A stretch of 62,929 bases of DNA, the filler included, from Perkinsus marinus ATCC 50983 (lineage: Eukaryota): assembly GCF_000006405.1 (NCBI RefSeq). It is 31 parts of 31 records of this genome, joined end to end, with 100 filler letters (N's around TTAATTAATTAA, not from the genome) between each part and the next. Parts side by side here need not be neighbours in the genome. Positions count along the whole stretch, not along the records: positions 38,623 to 40,317 come from NW_003215946.1; positions 40,418 to 41,545 come from NW_003215368.1; positions 41,646 to 43,978 come from NW_003206502.1; positions 44,079 to 46,830 come from NW_003200737.1; positions 46,931 to 48,219 come from NW_003210439.1; positions 48,320 to 52,252 come from NW_003209096.1; 25 more parts are not named here. One strand, 5' to 3'. The notes below the pieces were generated by a model. That model worked only from the letters and a program-made list of their open reading frames with translations, was not told where the DNA came from and searched no databases. The position numbers and the translations under genes were made by a program. Each line of letters starts with the position of its first letter. The first letter of the stretch is position 1. Shown here in pieces: positions 38,523-51,990 of this stretch.

Positions 38523-40417
38523 NNNNNNNNNNNNNNNNNNNNNNNNNNNNNNNNNNNNNNNNNNNNTTAATTAATTAANNNNNNNNNNNNNNNNNNNNNN
38601 NNNNNNNNNNNNNNNNNNNNNNATGTCAGCCTCAGTGAGCTGGGTTTCGACGGCTCTGTCATTGAATGTAATGAGCATAACACTACCCAAAGGTTAGTCT
38701 CTATAGCTAACTCTACAGATGATAGTATATGAAGGGTATTAATTATTACATTGTATCATCCAATAACCACCGAGTAACCTATAGCGGTATTTCGACACAG
38801 TAGAGCTATAAGGGAATGATACCATCAACCCGTGAATCAGCATCAAGTTGTCATCTACCCGACGTGTGAATCATAAGAATAGAAGCAGCATGTTTGTGAT
38901 AGGCGGCCTCTACTAGTCGTAGAATCCCTATGATAACACAATACACGACGACCATACTACTCATGTTATCCTCATCGAGCTACTACTTAATCACCTGTCC
39001 TTGTTGGCTAGAGTGGGGGCAGTACCACTGGATCGACTCCAATCCGGGACGCTATATAGATGGAGGAATGTCATACAACAATTCGATCAGATTGACTAGT
39101 ACAGAAGCCGCCAAGATTGGAGGATATAGAAGGACGATAATGACGAAATACCACCCGCAGATCCCCTACCATAATTCTTCCTCATTATTACTAACATACT
39201 AGACATGATATCATCACAGAGCCCGTTTAAGGTTTGCGTCTACCCTCAGTAACATGAATCAACTCTCCAAGCATCGTGGACCACGGTGGCAGAGTACTTC
39301 TCAAAGTTTCATAGTATATTTCAAAATTCCGAATCGTTGTCAAGTTGATCCTAAGCCACCATTGGCGTCAAGAATCTATGATAATACTCCTATTGCTGTG
39401 ATGACAACACGACCTATTCCCATAGACCTATAAGTTGTCAGCAATCACACCATACCTACGATCGAATAAGGTATAACCTTTGAATAAGAGCGAATATAAG
39501 GGCATCGTTATGAGAATAAACCGTGTCGATTGCTTCGTATTATTATTACAAATATTCTATGATAAATAGGGAATATCTTGATCGATAACATAGTAATATC
39601 TATAACCATAACACCAATTGATATCATCCAACTCAACACTCACCTCGTCTAATACAAGAAAGTATTAACTTTCCGAGCCAAATCGATTACAATGGCGTCC
39701 GCTACTTACGTCACCATGAACAAGGGCGTAACAGGTTTCGCCAACTCGGATTTCGCCAAGTAACCACCGCACAGATTTCATTTGCCAAACACCAAGACAA
39801 GCGGTCAAATACGGAATATTACGCTGATAACACCGGGTCGGCGTTTCCGATACTGGCGACTTGGCATGATTCATGAGTATACGGGTTTTGCCTAGTCGTC
39901 GGAAGACACAGATTATACCAACATTCAAGAAATTGTGCAACCAGCGGAGCGAAGTGTAAATAAATTGTTATGAACAATTTATGGACCAATTGTTAGTCTT
40001 GTGAAGTTTATAATATAAACATGTCATCACTCTGTTTCCATCCCATGTTTCACTGTTTTCATTCATCCTTAATGGGTCGTGTAACGTTACTGAGTCCGAT
40101 TTAGTATCTAACAGTCTTGAGTTTATGGAGTTGATGGATAACAAATATGGTGAGGTTAGTTCTGTGCCGAACTACGATAGTTCGTCTGTCTCACCACAGC
40201 CTCATCTTGTGTCCAGCTTACGCATATACATGTCCTTATTCCATCCTCTCTCATTTTCGTCCCTCATCCGTGACGTGACACGCTCTCTTATGAGTCCCGT
40301 ACGTCACGTTTCCCATTNNNNNNNNNNNNNNNNNNNNNNNNNNNNNNNNNNNNNNNNNNNNTTAATTAATTAANNNNNNNNNNNNNNNNNNNNNNNNNNN
40401 NNNNNNNNNNNNNNNNN

Positions 40418-41454
40418 GCTGGGACATAGAACCGACCATTAGTAACGCCATTCCGATAACAAAGTCCATAAAGAGATCGAGAAGAGTTGCTCGATTTCTT
40501 AGAGGCAGGATGGCTTCCTTCGCTGTCGGACGAAGACAACAATGATGAGCGCCTAGAGTGCGAAGAAGATCTTGAAGTACTAGAACCACTCGAGCTAGGA
40601 GAAGAGGAAGGTGACTTTGACAGATGTCGCCTATGATGATGTCGAGGACGGTCAGCACGTCTCCGAGAAAGATTAGATCTCCTACCGGTAGAGTTGTGAT
40701 CTTGTGGACTATGCTTACGTAGATGGCGAGAAGATCGCCTATCAGAGGCACTGTGCCTATATGACTGTCCTACAACAGGACTAGGTTCTTGACGTCGGTG
40801 GTGATGTTCACGTCTAGATGACTTGGTACACCTCGAAGATCGATCGCCAGAACCATTAGAGCGATGTGGATCTTGAGGCTCATAACTCGAGTGCTTAGAA
40901 TGCCTCGATGACTTTTCGTTAGAGCATGACCGGGGTTGAGACCCTCCAGAATGGGCCTTGAGAGCTCCCAACAGAGGTGGAGCTGGACCGTCAGAAGGCA
41001 TAGCAATAGAGAAGGGAACTAGAGTGAGTTGCCCTTCAGGACCTGGCACCATTCTCCAATTGAAATTGGTAGCGCCTTCGGGTAGTTGAGCAGCTTGTCC
41101 TGTTAAAGGTATAGACTGCTGTAGTAGACCACCCTGTACCATGGCAATCTGAGTAGACGATTCAGAATTGCCTTGACCATTAGCAACCATAGTTAATGTG
41201 TCGGTAGAAACAGCTTTCTTAACATTACCATCATCAGTAGCCGTGTCGAGAACTTCAGGTTCTAGATCACTACCGACAGGTAGATCATCATCAGATAAGA
41301 CCTCATTGTTGATGTTGTCTTCACTCTCGATGGAGCGTTTAGATAGGGTCAAGCTTCCAGATCGAGGACGACCAATCTTAGACTTAGACTTGTCGTTAGC
41401 TTTGCTCTTAGAAACAGCTCTAGAGGCAGGCGTACGGACAACATTACCAGTCAT
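40418..41454 (-). CDS. Ser/Arg/His-rich low-complexity ORF, probably a retroelement gag N-terminus
   Basis: Intronless ORF of about 345 codons, composition like the other retroelement contigs; no diagnostic motif. Confidence 0.4.
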
Positions 41455-41645
41455 ATAGACAGTACCGAGATCTATGGTAGTGTCTAGACCACTAACAGAA
41501 GGAATGCTAGTAGTATAAACAATATCACAACGTTCAGAACTAGAGNNNNNNNNNNNNNNNNNNNNNNNNNNNNNNNNNNNNNNNNNNNNTTAATTAATTA
41601 ANNNNNNNNNNNNNNNNNNNNNNNNNNNNNNNNNNNNNNNNNNNN

Positions 41646-42291
41646 GAAAAATACGCCCAGTGTTGCCAGTAGATCTTCGCCATTGTTTCATCCAAGCAAC
41701 CAGTAGCTCCTCATCGTCAATCTTCTTATAATTACTGTAGTCAGCGATATTCACATAAACATCACCAGAGTTCCACAATCTTCCCATATCGGACACCGCG
41801 AAATCAATCAGAGAAGTATCGTCGCCTCGCCAGTACATTTGAGACCACGAGTAAGTACCAAACCGCACACCACCGACTACAGAGGGTGATGTGGTCTTAG
41901 TGATGACCTCGTTGTTCGACGGTGTCGTCGTGGGACGCTGCGTGGTTCTGAGGTTACTTCGTGAGGAAGGCTTCTCATAAGTGGTAGTCGTCTCACGTGA
42001 CGTAGTCACCGCAGTTGCTGTCGTAGCTTTTGGGCGAGCAGAATATGTGGTTGTCGACATAGGATCAGTTGTGACCGACGTAGTGCTGCACGAACAGGGA
42101 GTCCTCGTGCCAAGACAAAGTTGAGGACTATTCCAGTATTTGCAGTACGAACCAGTGAGCAAAGATGCACAGAAGGCATCACCCTGCGAGCAATCCGTCG
42201 CTCTAACTTCGCCAAATGTGATTAGAGTCAACAGAACCAAAAATGTGGTAGAGCGTGAGAAGACTGAGGAAGTCATAGGGGGAAAACGCAA
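41646..42291 (-). CDS. Secreted protein: signal peptide, 6-Cys module, Thr-rich linker, start of a globular domain; 3' truncated
   Basis: Hydrophobic leader; DCSQGDAFCASLLTGSYCKYWNSPQLCLGTRTPCSC; mucin-like stretch. Confidence 0.75.
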
Positions 42292-43555
42292 TCTCCAGAG
42301 CTAAGGCTGTGACAACGGAAATCCACCGTGATACCGCACCCGAGGGAACTTGATGATAATTAGCCAGAGACTATTCAAAGCGATAGCGCGCTCGCTTAAA
42401 CATCCGCAGATCCGACGTTGTAGATTACATGCAGCAATGAAAACATTGTTCATTCGTCATGTACGACGAGACCCAACATTCAAGCAAACGGACCGGGGAC
42501 AGCTCGACACAAAATGTAAAAGCTACGCTGGTCGGCCTGCAAGAGATCGCCACTACAGGTTTGATGAGGCAATACGTCATTATCAATGGAGTATATTCTC
42601 TCCGCTGTGATTGAGATGGATCTTTTCGGGTGAGGGGCCAAATGACTCCTAAACACTCATCGAGGAGCACGAGGATCGCTAAGCTGTGCGGAGGAAGCCA
42701 CGCGAGCTAAATACAGGACATACATTCGGGGTGGTCATAGCTGGCTGTTGAATCCTAATGCTAATAATAGTCTCTTTGATAAGTGCAACGGATACAAAAC
42801 ATCCCAATGTGTAGAAGTTAGTCCCGAGTGATTCTGACACCAGAGTTACTGGGTTCACGCAAAAAGTATAGACTCATGGTCATTATTGACCAAGAAAAGT
42901 AATATTAATGACAGGAGTTGACTCTTTCAAAGAGAGACGTCGCATGACTATTAAATATATATTAATAATATAACCGTAAGGGAGGAGATAAAAGTATCAT
43001 ATATAAATCTATCTAGTGTATTTATCAATAATATATACTAATATATTCTAACAATAGAACAAGCTGTTACATTTGGGCATGCCTGATAATTTCCCTGGTT
43101 CGCATAAACACATTTCCGATTCGAATTTCCAGGCTGTAACCCGGATGTCTCACACGAAACGGATGGTCCAAATGATGTCATAACGAGAGCTTACGATTCA
43201 TCGGTGATAAAACCGTATGGATACCACACCAACCCCCTTCACCCACATAAATTGTCTCAATTAGTTCCTCGTTCGAGATTTGCACAGAATTCAGGTTTTC
43301 TACTAACTTGGAACCGATACCCCCGAAAGAATGCCACTGTTTCCTGGACTTTCCTTCAACAGGTAACCCGACAGTATAACCAATTACAGAAAATGACTCC
43401 CAAAAGAGCAAGGGAGCTCATCATGGGAAACGATAATCAAGAGCGAGAAGTCTGCTTAGTGAAAAGAGAAGATCATTTTCTAACATTCAGAAAAAAATCG
43501 ATCGTGTCAAGGCACTTATGTGAGGCCTCTTGCATTTTATTATATGATGAACAGT

Positions 43556-43978
43556 TCATTCTGTTCGGCACTTGTTCGCGGAGGTGTGGTATTCATGAAG
43601 ACAATTAGAATACCCCATCTCGCGAGAAAACTTATCGCTATAATAACACCTAACCCATTCCCAGTCATGAATAGCAAACAAAGAACCGTGGATGTCGAAG
43701 AGGAAGTCGAACTGCTCTTGTGTGAGAATACCATCAGAAACCGTACGGGCCTTCAACTCGTTGAGCAACTCCCATGCATATTCAATACCACCAGTGGAGT
43801 TGGGATAAGCTGCGGCATCGTAAGCACACATAGAAAGCTTGTGGCAGTATTTACCAACAGTGCAAGAACCTTCCAACATGATGGTGATCTTGGCCTTCAA
43901 GTTCTCCCATCCTGGTTGAGTACACACAGCACACTGTTCTGTCATCATATAATTCATACGATAAACGAGATCATCTGC
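43556..43978 (-). CDS. Cys-rich C-terminal fragment of a hypothetical protein
   Basis: ORF open from the contig edge: KITIMLEGSC..CHKLSMCA..LFAIHDWEWVRCYY.. Confidence 0.6.
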   Translation of the reverse strand, partial: ADDLVYRMNYMMTEQCAVCTQPGWENLKAKITIMLEGSCTVGKYCHKLSMCAYDAAAYPNSTGGIEYAWELLNELKARTVSDGILTQEQFDFLFDIHGSLFAIHDWEWVRCYYSDKFSREMGYSNCLHEYHTSANKCRTE

Positions 43979-45042
43979 NNNNNNNNNNNNNNNNNNNNNN
44001 NNNNNNNNNNNNNNNNNNNNNNTTAATTAATTAANNNNNNNNNNNNNNNNNNNNNNNNNNNNNNNNNNNNNNNNNNNNCTTAGTTTCTTAAGTTCCTTAC
44101 CGTCTTAAGGTAAGTAAGCAGTTAGTGAAAAAGGTCCTCCATAACTACTTTCTACCTCCCCTCACTTGATATACTGGCGGCCTGTGCTCCCGGTCCCACG
44201 GGATTGACCCTTCCTCCGACGGAACGCGTTCCGCATGATCGGTTATTTTTGATTGCATTCATTGGTATGCTCCTTCCTTGTTCGACCCGCATCATCTTCC
44301 TCTTCGCCAATATGTGCTGTGTGTTTCCATAAGATGTCGACGTGACCACTCCGAGTAACGCCGTTGAAGGCGTGGCAGAATTGCCAGTGGTAGAGGCCAA
44401 GGTTCATTCGACGGGCCTTGTCGTGGTCGGCAGATGGTTATCACTCAATGGTCGTTCGGGACGTATATCACCAATACGGGTAGTTGTCATTTTCTCATTG
44501 TTACACTCTCTTCTCCCACTTCGAGGGATGGAGGGGATTAACGGCTGTCCTCTATTGGAGAGCCTTCAGCTGCTTTCCCAGCTGAATTGTGACCCAACCA
44601 GGGACTATTCTGAGACATTTCGACGATCGAGTAGGTAAGTGTAACCCGGACCTTGGGTTTGGATTTACGCTGCTGTCGGAATGTACACGGATGAGTGATG
44701 TGAACTCACTCCAAGTCTGGGTACCACTATAACTGATAACAACAGCGTTGGAAGGTAGTGGTACCCGGAAGGAAGGGTACTCACAGGGAATTCAGTTCAG
44801 AGCGAGTTGCCGCTGGTGTGGTACATGAACATGGCTTCGACCGTCTCTAACATCAGCATCCTTGGTGGAGTTATTGGATTGGCCCGAGCAAGAGAAGAGT
44901 CGATTTCTGTTGGCGAAGTTGTTGTTCAGAGTTTCTTTTTTCTGCTATGTCGAATTTCATCACGCTGTCTCCTGATACCACTTGGGTGAGCATCCATTCC
45001 CCCTCATTTGTTGCATAGAGTGATATTGTCAATTCTCGTCAG

Positions 45043-46830
45043 TTCCTCGCGATTGTCGCATTGATGGGCGTCGCTGTATTGATGGAGAAGTTCTTGTATG
45101 ACACGTTCTATAAGAAAATCGCCAATTACAAGACGGGGGAGATGAGGAGGAAGATCGTCCCTGCCGAGTTCAATACACATCCGCATGCCCTGCAAGGTAG
45201 CGCTTGATGAAGGGATCGAACCAGGGACCTTTGGGTTGTAGGTATATTGCCAGAGATAAGTCCCGCTTCACCATTCAAGGGCGATGCTGGGCTCTTCCCT
45301 TTGAAGTCTACTGGCGATAAGATCTTCTGGGAGTGAGTACTGATAGTGTGGGGAAATATGTACATGGTCAACTACATGTGTTGATGACAGTATGAAGACT
45401 CCGGGGAAATTTTGGGGAACTCTCATTGATTCCTTCTAGCCTAGTTCGGCTAGTTCGCATATATGCTTTTATAATCACCTTTGGAAACTCTTGAGCTCAG
45501 CTGCGGAAAGTAAACATACATTCCAACTCCAACACTGGTTTTACGGAGGCCTCCACCAACTATTCTTGTGACAATAGTCTTGGAAATTATAAAAGTTGAA
45601 ATTAGCTCTTTATTTTTGGTAGCCTATGATTGTTGTTCAGGACTTTCGTACCGACTGACGTTGAGCATCCAAGAGGTGTAATTGTCTTTTGCCACGGATA
45701 TGCGGACCATTCGGGATTCCATATGTTCAACGATGCGCGTATGTTCTGTGAGAGGGAGAAATACGCATGCGTGCTGTTCGATCAAGTAATACCATCTTTT
45801 CGTTACATCGTGCTTTGGAGTTGTTCCTTCAGGTCGGGTCGGGGCGTTCGGACGGTCTGCAGGCGTATATCGATGACTGGTTTAAATACTGTCAGCTCGC
45901 CAAGGAGTTCATCGATCAATTTGTACTCGCCGGGGATCGAACTCGGGACCTCGGTTGACCGTCTATGTGTAGGTTTTGGCAACTTTTGTACCATCGTTAG
46001 CGGAGCGAAGCTGTCATTTGCCATTTTATGGCTATGGCCACTCGATGGGAGGCGGGCTCGTTACTTCACTCGCTATTCTGCATCCTGAACTATTCGATGG
46101 GATTATCTTGCAGAGTCCCATGTTGAAGGTGATTTCGATGATACCGACATCGATCATCTGGGCGCGCGCTTTTGAAATCAGAGCCTGTCAGATACCGCAG
46201 GGTATGCATCCTTCTTGGGTAGTTGAACAGCTGCTACGTGTGGTAGCTAGAATCGCCCCGAAGGCTCCTATAGTAGGGAGGAGTTGTGGAAAAGTTGGTA
46301 TGCACGCATGCGCATGTGTGCTAGGTACCTACGAAGAATCTGGGAGAGGTCATGTACCATCATAGAGATTCCATTCACTACGCTGCTAAATTCAACCGCT
46401 TGGTGTATCGCGGGAAGCCTCGTCTGAGCACAGCGCTATGCTTGCTCCAGGGACAGGTAGTAAATTGGAGGTACCGGGGATCGAACCGGGGACCTATTGT
46501 CAAGTTCTAGAAAATGGTATTTTTCTCCCGAACGATTATGTGATGGAGGGTGGATGCCAGAGACATTTCGTCTGGTCAGGATTTCGTGAGTGCGAATTTC
46601 AAGTCGGTGAAAACACCTTTTATTGTGTGCCACGGAGCGGCTGATGAGATCACGGATCCTCACGCGGATGTTGAGATGTAACCCGGGTGGTATCCAAGGT
46701 TGACTTGGGTTGGATTCAAATCATGTCCATTTGGTGCCACTCGTTGTAGGTACAACTTGTCACCAGCTCAACGCGAATCCAGAGTATGTCTCTATCCTGG
46801 TCTGAGGCATTTCATCACCGGCATGCAGGA
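45043..46830 (+). CDS. Alpha/beta hydrolase, Hydrolase_4 (monoglyceride lipase/lysophospholipase), multi-exon; probably begins further upstream
   Basis: VFCHGYADH, GSGRSDG, GHSMGG nucleophile elbow, HGAADEITD, YPGLRH catalytic-triad motifs with GT-AG introns. Confidence 0.93.
45344..45537 (+). repeat. Representative copy of intronic dispersed family A (about 150-195 bp)
   Basis: (C/T)AGTGTGGGAAAATATG..CATGTGTTG..GAGCTCAGCTG..CCAACACTG; at least 11 copies in the window, in both orientations. Confidence 0.85.
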
Positions 46831-47499
46831 NNNNNNNNNNNNNNNNNNNNNNNNNNNNNNNNNNNNNNNNNNNNTTAATTAATTAANNNNNNNNNNNNNN
46901 NNNNNNNNNNNNNNNNNNNNNNNNNNNNNNGCTCGATTCTCATCCGTGCTGAAACCATTTAGCCTAAAGTGAATGATGGAAGAATGGGGATTTCGCTGAT
47001 TGATCTGAACGGTGATAGCATGTTTAAACGGTTAGAGCTAGACGATATTTCATATTCCAAGAGGGATCACTCCGTATCCGCTCTTATCATTCTCTATATG
47101 GTTAACTGGTATAACCTCCGAGTACATGCGTGCGTGTGCCAATTCTTGGTGGGAGCGAGATTAACACGATGATCTATATCGAAGTTCACCTCTTTGTTCA
47201 ACACGTTGTCGATCCCAATGAACGGACTCTTGGAAGGGGGTCGAGGCGTCAGACTCCCCATGCCGAGTATCCCTTCATTCTCCAACTCGAATGAAAAGCC
47301 GTTTCGGATTGCAAGAATGCGGGTGCTGAGATAACATGAGGTCCATCGGTGTGCCTCGAAGAATCCGAGACTCCATCAGGCACTTCATAGAGGTTTCTTC
47401 CATGTGGGGAAAGAGGACTTCGCCAAAGCCTCGGATTGAGAGCAAAGCGACCCACCTCTCCGTGAGCTGAACTTCCGTAATTCCTCTCTTGTTCTGACG

Positions 47500-47907
47500 G
47501 TGTCTACCGGAGTCGACAAGGAGTACCTGAACGAGAGCAACGTGAACCAGTTCCTAGGAATTGTCCGAGGAGAGAGGATGGTGGAGATTTTCGACGACCT
47601 CAAGGACATCTGTGGGAGACTTTATGCGACCAGCATCCCCAAGAGCTGCCGAAACTGGAGGGAAACCAGTTGCTCATGCGTGAGTTTCCTGAAAGGTAAG
47701 GTTTGTTATCATCAGATCGCTGTGGAAATCCGCAAAGACCTCTTAAGCCCCTCAGACTCAGATCTCTTACCAATCAACTTGAGTCAAAGGCGTCCCGGCG
47801 GGTCCTCGAAGCATCCGATGCTTGGAGCAGTCGTGCCGATTCGGCCAGCGCTGGTTAGCAATCTGAGTCTCGACGGGGTTGCTAAGGACCGCAGGCGCGA
47901 GCACTAG
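47500..47907 (+). pseudogene. SWIM zinc-finger fragment, likely a decayed MULE transposase C-terminus
   Basis: SCSCVSFLKGKVCYHQIAV fits the SWIM CxCxnCxH pattern; upstream frame interrupted by stops. Confidence 0.6.
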
Positions 47908-48319
47908 GAGCTCCGGCCTTATGTCCGAGCACATGAAAGCACTTGTATACTGCAGTCATTGTCATTCGCAAATCAATAAGTCTGGCTTACTCATTTCTGT
48001 CTAGTCGTCATGCATCCGTCACTAGCAAATAACAAACATGCTTCTCAACAACCGAAAAGCAACTGAGTTACAAGTGGAAGTGGTAGTACTCGCCTTAGTC
48101 GCGACTCGTGACTCACGAGTCGTGACTCGCGACCACAGCAAGTAGTCACGAACCGTAACAATAGCGATAACCGCCTCAGTGTTCATCGTAGTCACGACCA
48201 TAGCAACACGATCTTGATCNNNNNNNNNNNNNNNNNNNNNNNNNNNNNNNNNNNNNNNNNNNNTTAATTAATTAANNNNNNNNNNNNNNNNNNNNNNNNN
48301 NNNNNNNNNNNNNNNNNNN

Positions 48320-51300
48320 CACCTGGGAGTTCATCATATGCTCGCACATGACCAGCGTCCTCACGACCACATCCTTGACCTTTTCCCAGAGTATCGCCCA
48401 GCCTATGCCTCTCTTCTCGAGTCGATCGCTGAGATCTTCAAATGACAACTTGGTACCTCGAAAAAAACACCGAGGCTCGGTAACAAGCACGAGTTTACCT
48501 CCCAGCATGCGATGTTTATCATACGGGAGACTGCCAGCATGTTTTCTCTGCACGCTAGTATTCGTCAAATGCATGAGCCGATTCCTGTAATTTGAAGGGC
48601 TGGATGAATACTTCACCGTAGCGAGCCTAGCGAAACCTTCCTTGTAAATGTAACTACACCAAAGAGTCCTCTCCATGACATGATAATTTGAAACGATCTT
48701 TTCTTACGCTTCCAATGGATTGAAACTCATCACCAGGACATAAACCCGGAGATCGAATTTATACTCGTCTAGTAGCAACGGTTTCTCGATGTACTGAATG
48801 CGAAACAAAACAACGGTATTGAATTCTCCTCAGAAAGCCAACCCGGCATATGCATTAAGATAGCTAAGCGACTAACCGTCCGGGCTGATCAGCGCTACGC
48901 TCACATGTTGCATGTAACTCATTAAATTAACAGCTTTGAATCGAATTGAATTTAAGACGGCTAACCTCCTGGATGATGCTGGGCTCCCTGTAATGGACTT
49001 CGCTGATATCGGAGATGACGCTTATGCCTCTTCCACGCGAAAGGGATACAGGTTTCAATATCCACATAGTTTTCGGAGGATCCCTAGAGCGATCATAGTG
49101 ATACAACCACCAGAGACTTCGATCGTTTACAAGCTTCTGTTATTGGTGTAGGCGTCTACGAACTGACAGTAATCCCGAGGAAGAACAAACGTGTCGGGGG
49201 TGACTCGGAAGGCTTCGACCATCTGGAGCCTTCGAGAGCCCGGCGGTCGTTTCACGTACCTATATCAGTGCGGAAGAATATGCATATGTGTCGGTAACTA
49301 TATGGAAATTATTGTTGGTTTCTGTACACTTCTGCCCGAGTTAGTATATACTATTTGAGGGAACTCCTAAACTCAGCTGAGGGAAGCGAAGATCTATTCC
49401 TCCAATGCCGATTTGTCAACAGGCATAAGAACACTAAAATTGGGATGCTCGATGACGTTCTAAGTGCTCCTAAACTCAGCTGAGGAAAGCCAGCATATTC
49501 CAACACCGGCCACATGCAAGTATATCCGCAGCGCACAGTGCGATCACTCACCGATCGACACATCTTTTTAGGCAGTCTTTTCGGGTGAGGAATTTGCTAT
49601 CAGGGAAATGGTTCACCCTCTGCCATACGAACAGCTTGTTGTAGTCGATGTTCGGCCGACCCCAGGTCCAAAGGAGATTCCAAACCTATTAATTGGGTAT
49701 ATCATGCGATACTGCGTGTGTCTTCCGACTGCTCCTATATGACATCCATGCGGTAGCTCTGCGTAGTTGTGATTTCCTGCTAGACTCCGCGACACGACGT
49801 CGTACACCTCAACACGAGATTGAACGACCTGTCAGCGCGGAGAGAGCGTTCATAAGCACAACAACCGCCGATCGCAAAGCAATGGAGGGAATATTTCACT
49901 CAAGTATGAAATTTTTGAAAAAAGTCGGCAAAATTTTTGCTCACTGAACGATCTACCTTGTAGTAGATCTGAGTGTCTGGGTTCGTTACAGCTGGCGTTG
50001 AGGTACTCAGGGAAGGCTTCCCAACCAGAGTGTGACGAAAATCGGAGAAGTCGAAGATCTCGAAAGATCGAGATACATCACAGAAGTTTGCGTACATGAA
50101 AAAAACAATGTAGAAAAAACATGTGTTGGTGACAATAAGGAAATTCTGCGAAAATTTCCGGAAATTTTCGTTGGTTTCTGTACACTCCTAATTAGTGAGG
50201 AAACTTCGCTGAACTCAGCTGGGGGAAACGAGCATATAATCCTACTCCAACACTGGAGAAACCAAAACTATGAGTGTTTGTATTCAAAACGCATCCTTTC
50301 TTGTCAGTGTGGGAATATATGTTCGAATTCCCTTTTACCCAGCTCGTGAGCTTCACATACGATTTTGAGTAAAAATGTAAATAGAAAACCAGAAATTCCA
50401 ATACATGTAGTTGACCAACGGTCATAAAGCTGCGTTGAACGATTCGTACAGTTGCAGAGTTTCCCTCAAGAAGCGTTCGCGGACTTCTATCAGATCGTCT
50501 GACTTTCGTCTGGAATTCTCTGGAAAGGAAAAGAAGTCTCCTAGAGCCAGACTCTTGTCAACTTTTACTTTGTTCCTTTCCCCATGTGAAAATCTCAGCG
50601 AAGGTGGTGAGCACTTCGCTGTAGTCGAACGAATTTTCCTGCAAGTCGCAACTTCCTTCGCCCTTCGTCACGTTCGCATTCTCCACTTCGTCAATTCTAT
50701 CAGCAGTTTTCGAGTCTACTTCCTCTCCCAAAACGCCCTTGAAGTCGTTTTCAATGACAGACTCTCGAAGAAGTACTTCGTCCTCTATCACCGCGCTTAC
50801 ACTCTCGTTTTTGTCACTTGCGGTGTCGCTGTTTTTATCATCGAAAACTACTTCCTTTTCATTGCCATTAATCTCAACAAGGTCTCCTTGGACAGAAATG
50901 CTATCAGTTCCTTTTTCGCTGCGACCATCCTTTGCCGATTCGGATTGGTCAACCGTATCAAGTGATCGACTAGAGCTGGTCAGTCGAGACTCGTCACAAC
51001 TGTCACTCTCCAATTCGTCCGAAATACTTCTGGCATCCAGGAAATTTCTTTCTGCCGCCTCCGTTATTTCGATCGTATCATCAGAGCTACTGTGCTCTAC
51101 GAATTCAGACTCTTCTTGTGAGTTTTCGAGCTTGGAAATTTCATCCACTACTTGCTGTTTTTTTCTGTTTTTTATTCGTATCCTCTTTGAAAATTCTCTC
51201 ATACGTTCAACTTTTTTCTTCTTTTTGTCACTTTTTCTACCAACGATTTTGCATTTTTTCTTTTTCTGTTCTTTCGGTTTCCCAACCACAAAAGACTTCC

Positions 51301-51990
51301 CTTCAGCCGGACTAGGCCTCCACTTAGCGATGCTTTTTATCGTAAACCGTGGTGACTCCGTCGTAGGACGTTTTGCATCACTGACACTCGCATGCAGTGC
51401 TGAAATGTCCTCGCGTTCTGTCGTGTGATCGTGTTCACAGAATCTGAGATCCGACTGTTTTTTTGTTTTTCCTCACTCCAAGGGAAGTTTGCCTTTTCAT
51501 AATCTGCATTCGCAGATTTTCCGCGCGGTGACGTTCGTCAAGTTCTCTTTGAATCAGCGACCGAATCACTTGAGAGTTTTCCGTTTCAAGATACTCTGAA
51601 AAAGCACAATATGTTCGAATTCCCATATAGTTTTGGAGTTTCACGACCGTGGTGATATGAAAAACACTAGTGAAAAACATATTTCACGACTACTGCATAT
51701 CACCGCGAATATTGCGTTTTTCACGGAGTTTTACGCCACTTCACGTAAAACGGGTGATTTAACTCCAATTTGCTCCTCATAATTCCGCAGTGTATGACAG
51801 TTAGACCGTTTAATACAGTGTTGGGAAGAGCTCGACCAGAGCTTCCGAATGAATATCTTTTTCTGTTCATCAACTGTCACACCCCGCGAAGTTTCAAGGA
51901 GTGGGCGCTTTTTTTGCACCACCCTGTAGTCTTGGATGAACTCGGCTCTGTCAGTGAAAAAGAGTCTACTTTGACACACGTAGTGAGATA
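48320..51990 (-). CDS. Tubulin-tyrosine ligase-like polyglutamylase (TTLL), multi-exon; N-terminal exons above about 50100 uncertain
   Basis: WNLLWTWG..VNHFPDSKFLTRKD, TPDTFVLP, WILKPVSLSRGRGI, YIEKPLLLDEYKFDLRVYVLV, GFARLAT, MHLTNTSV. Confidence 0.9.
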
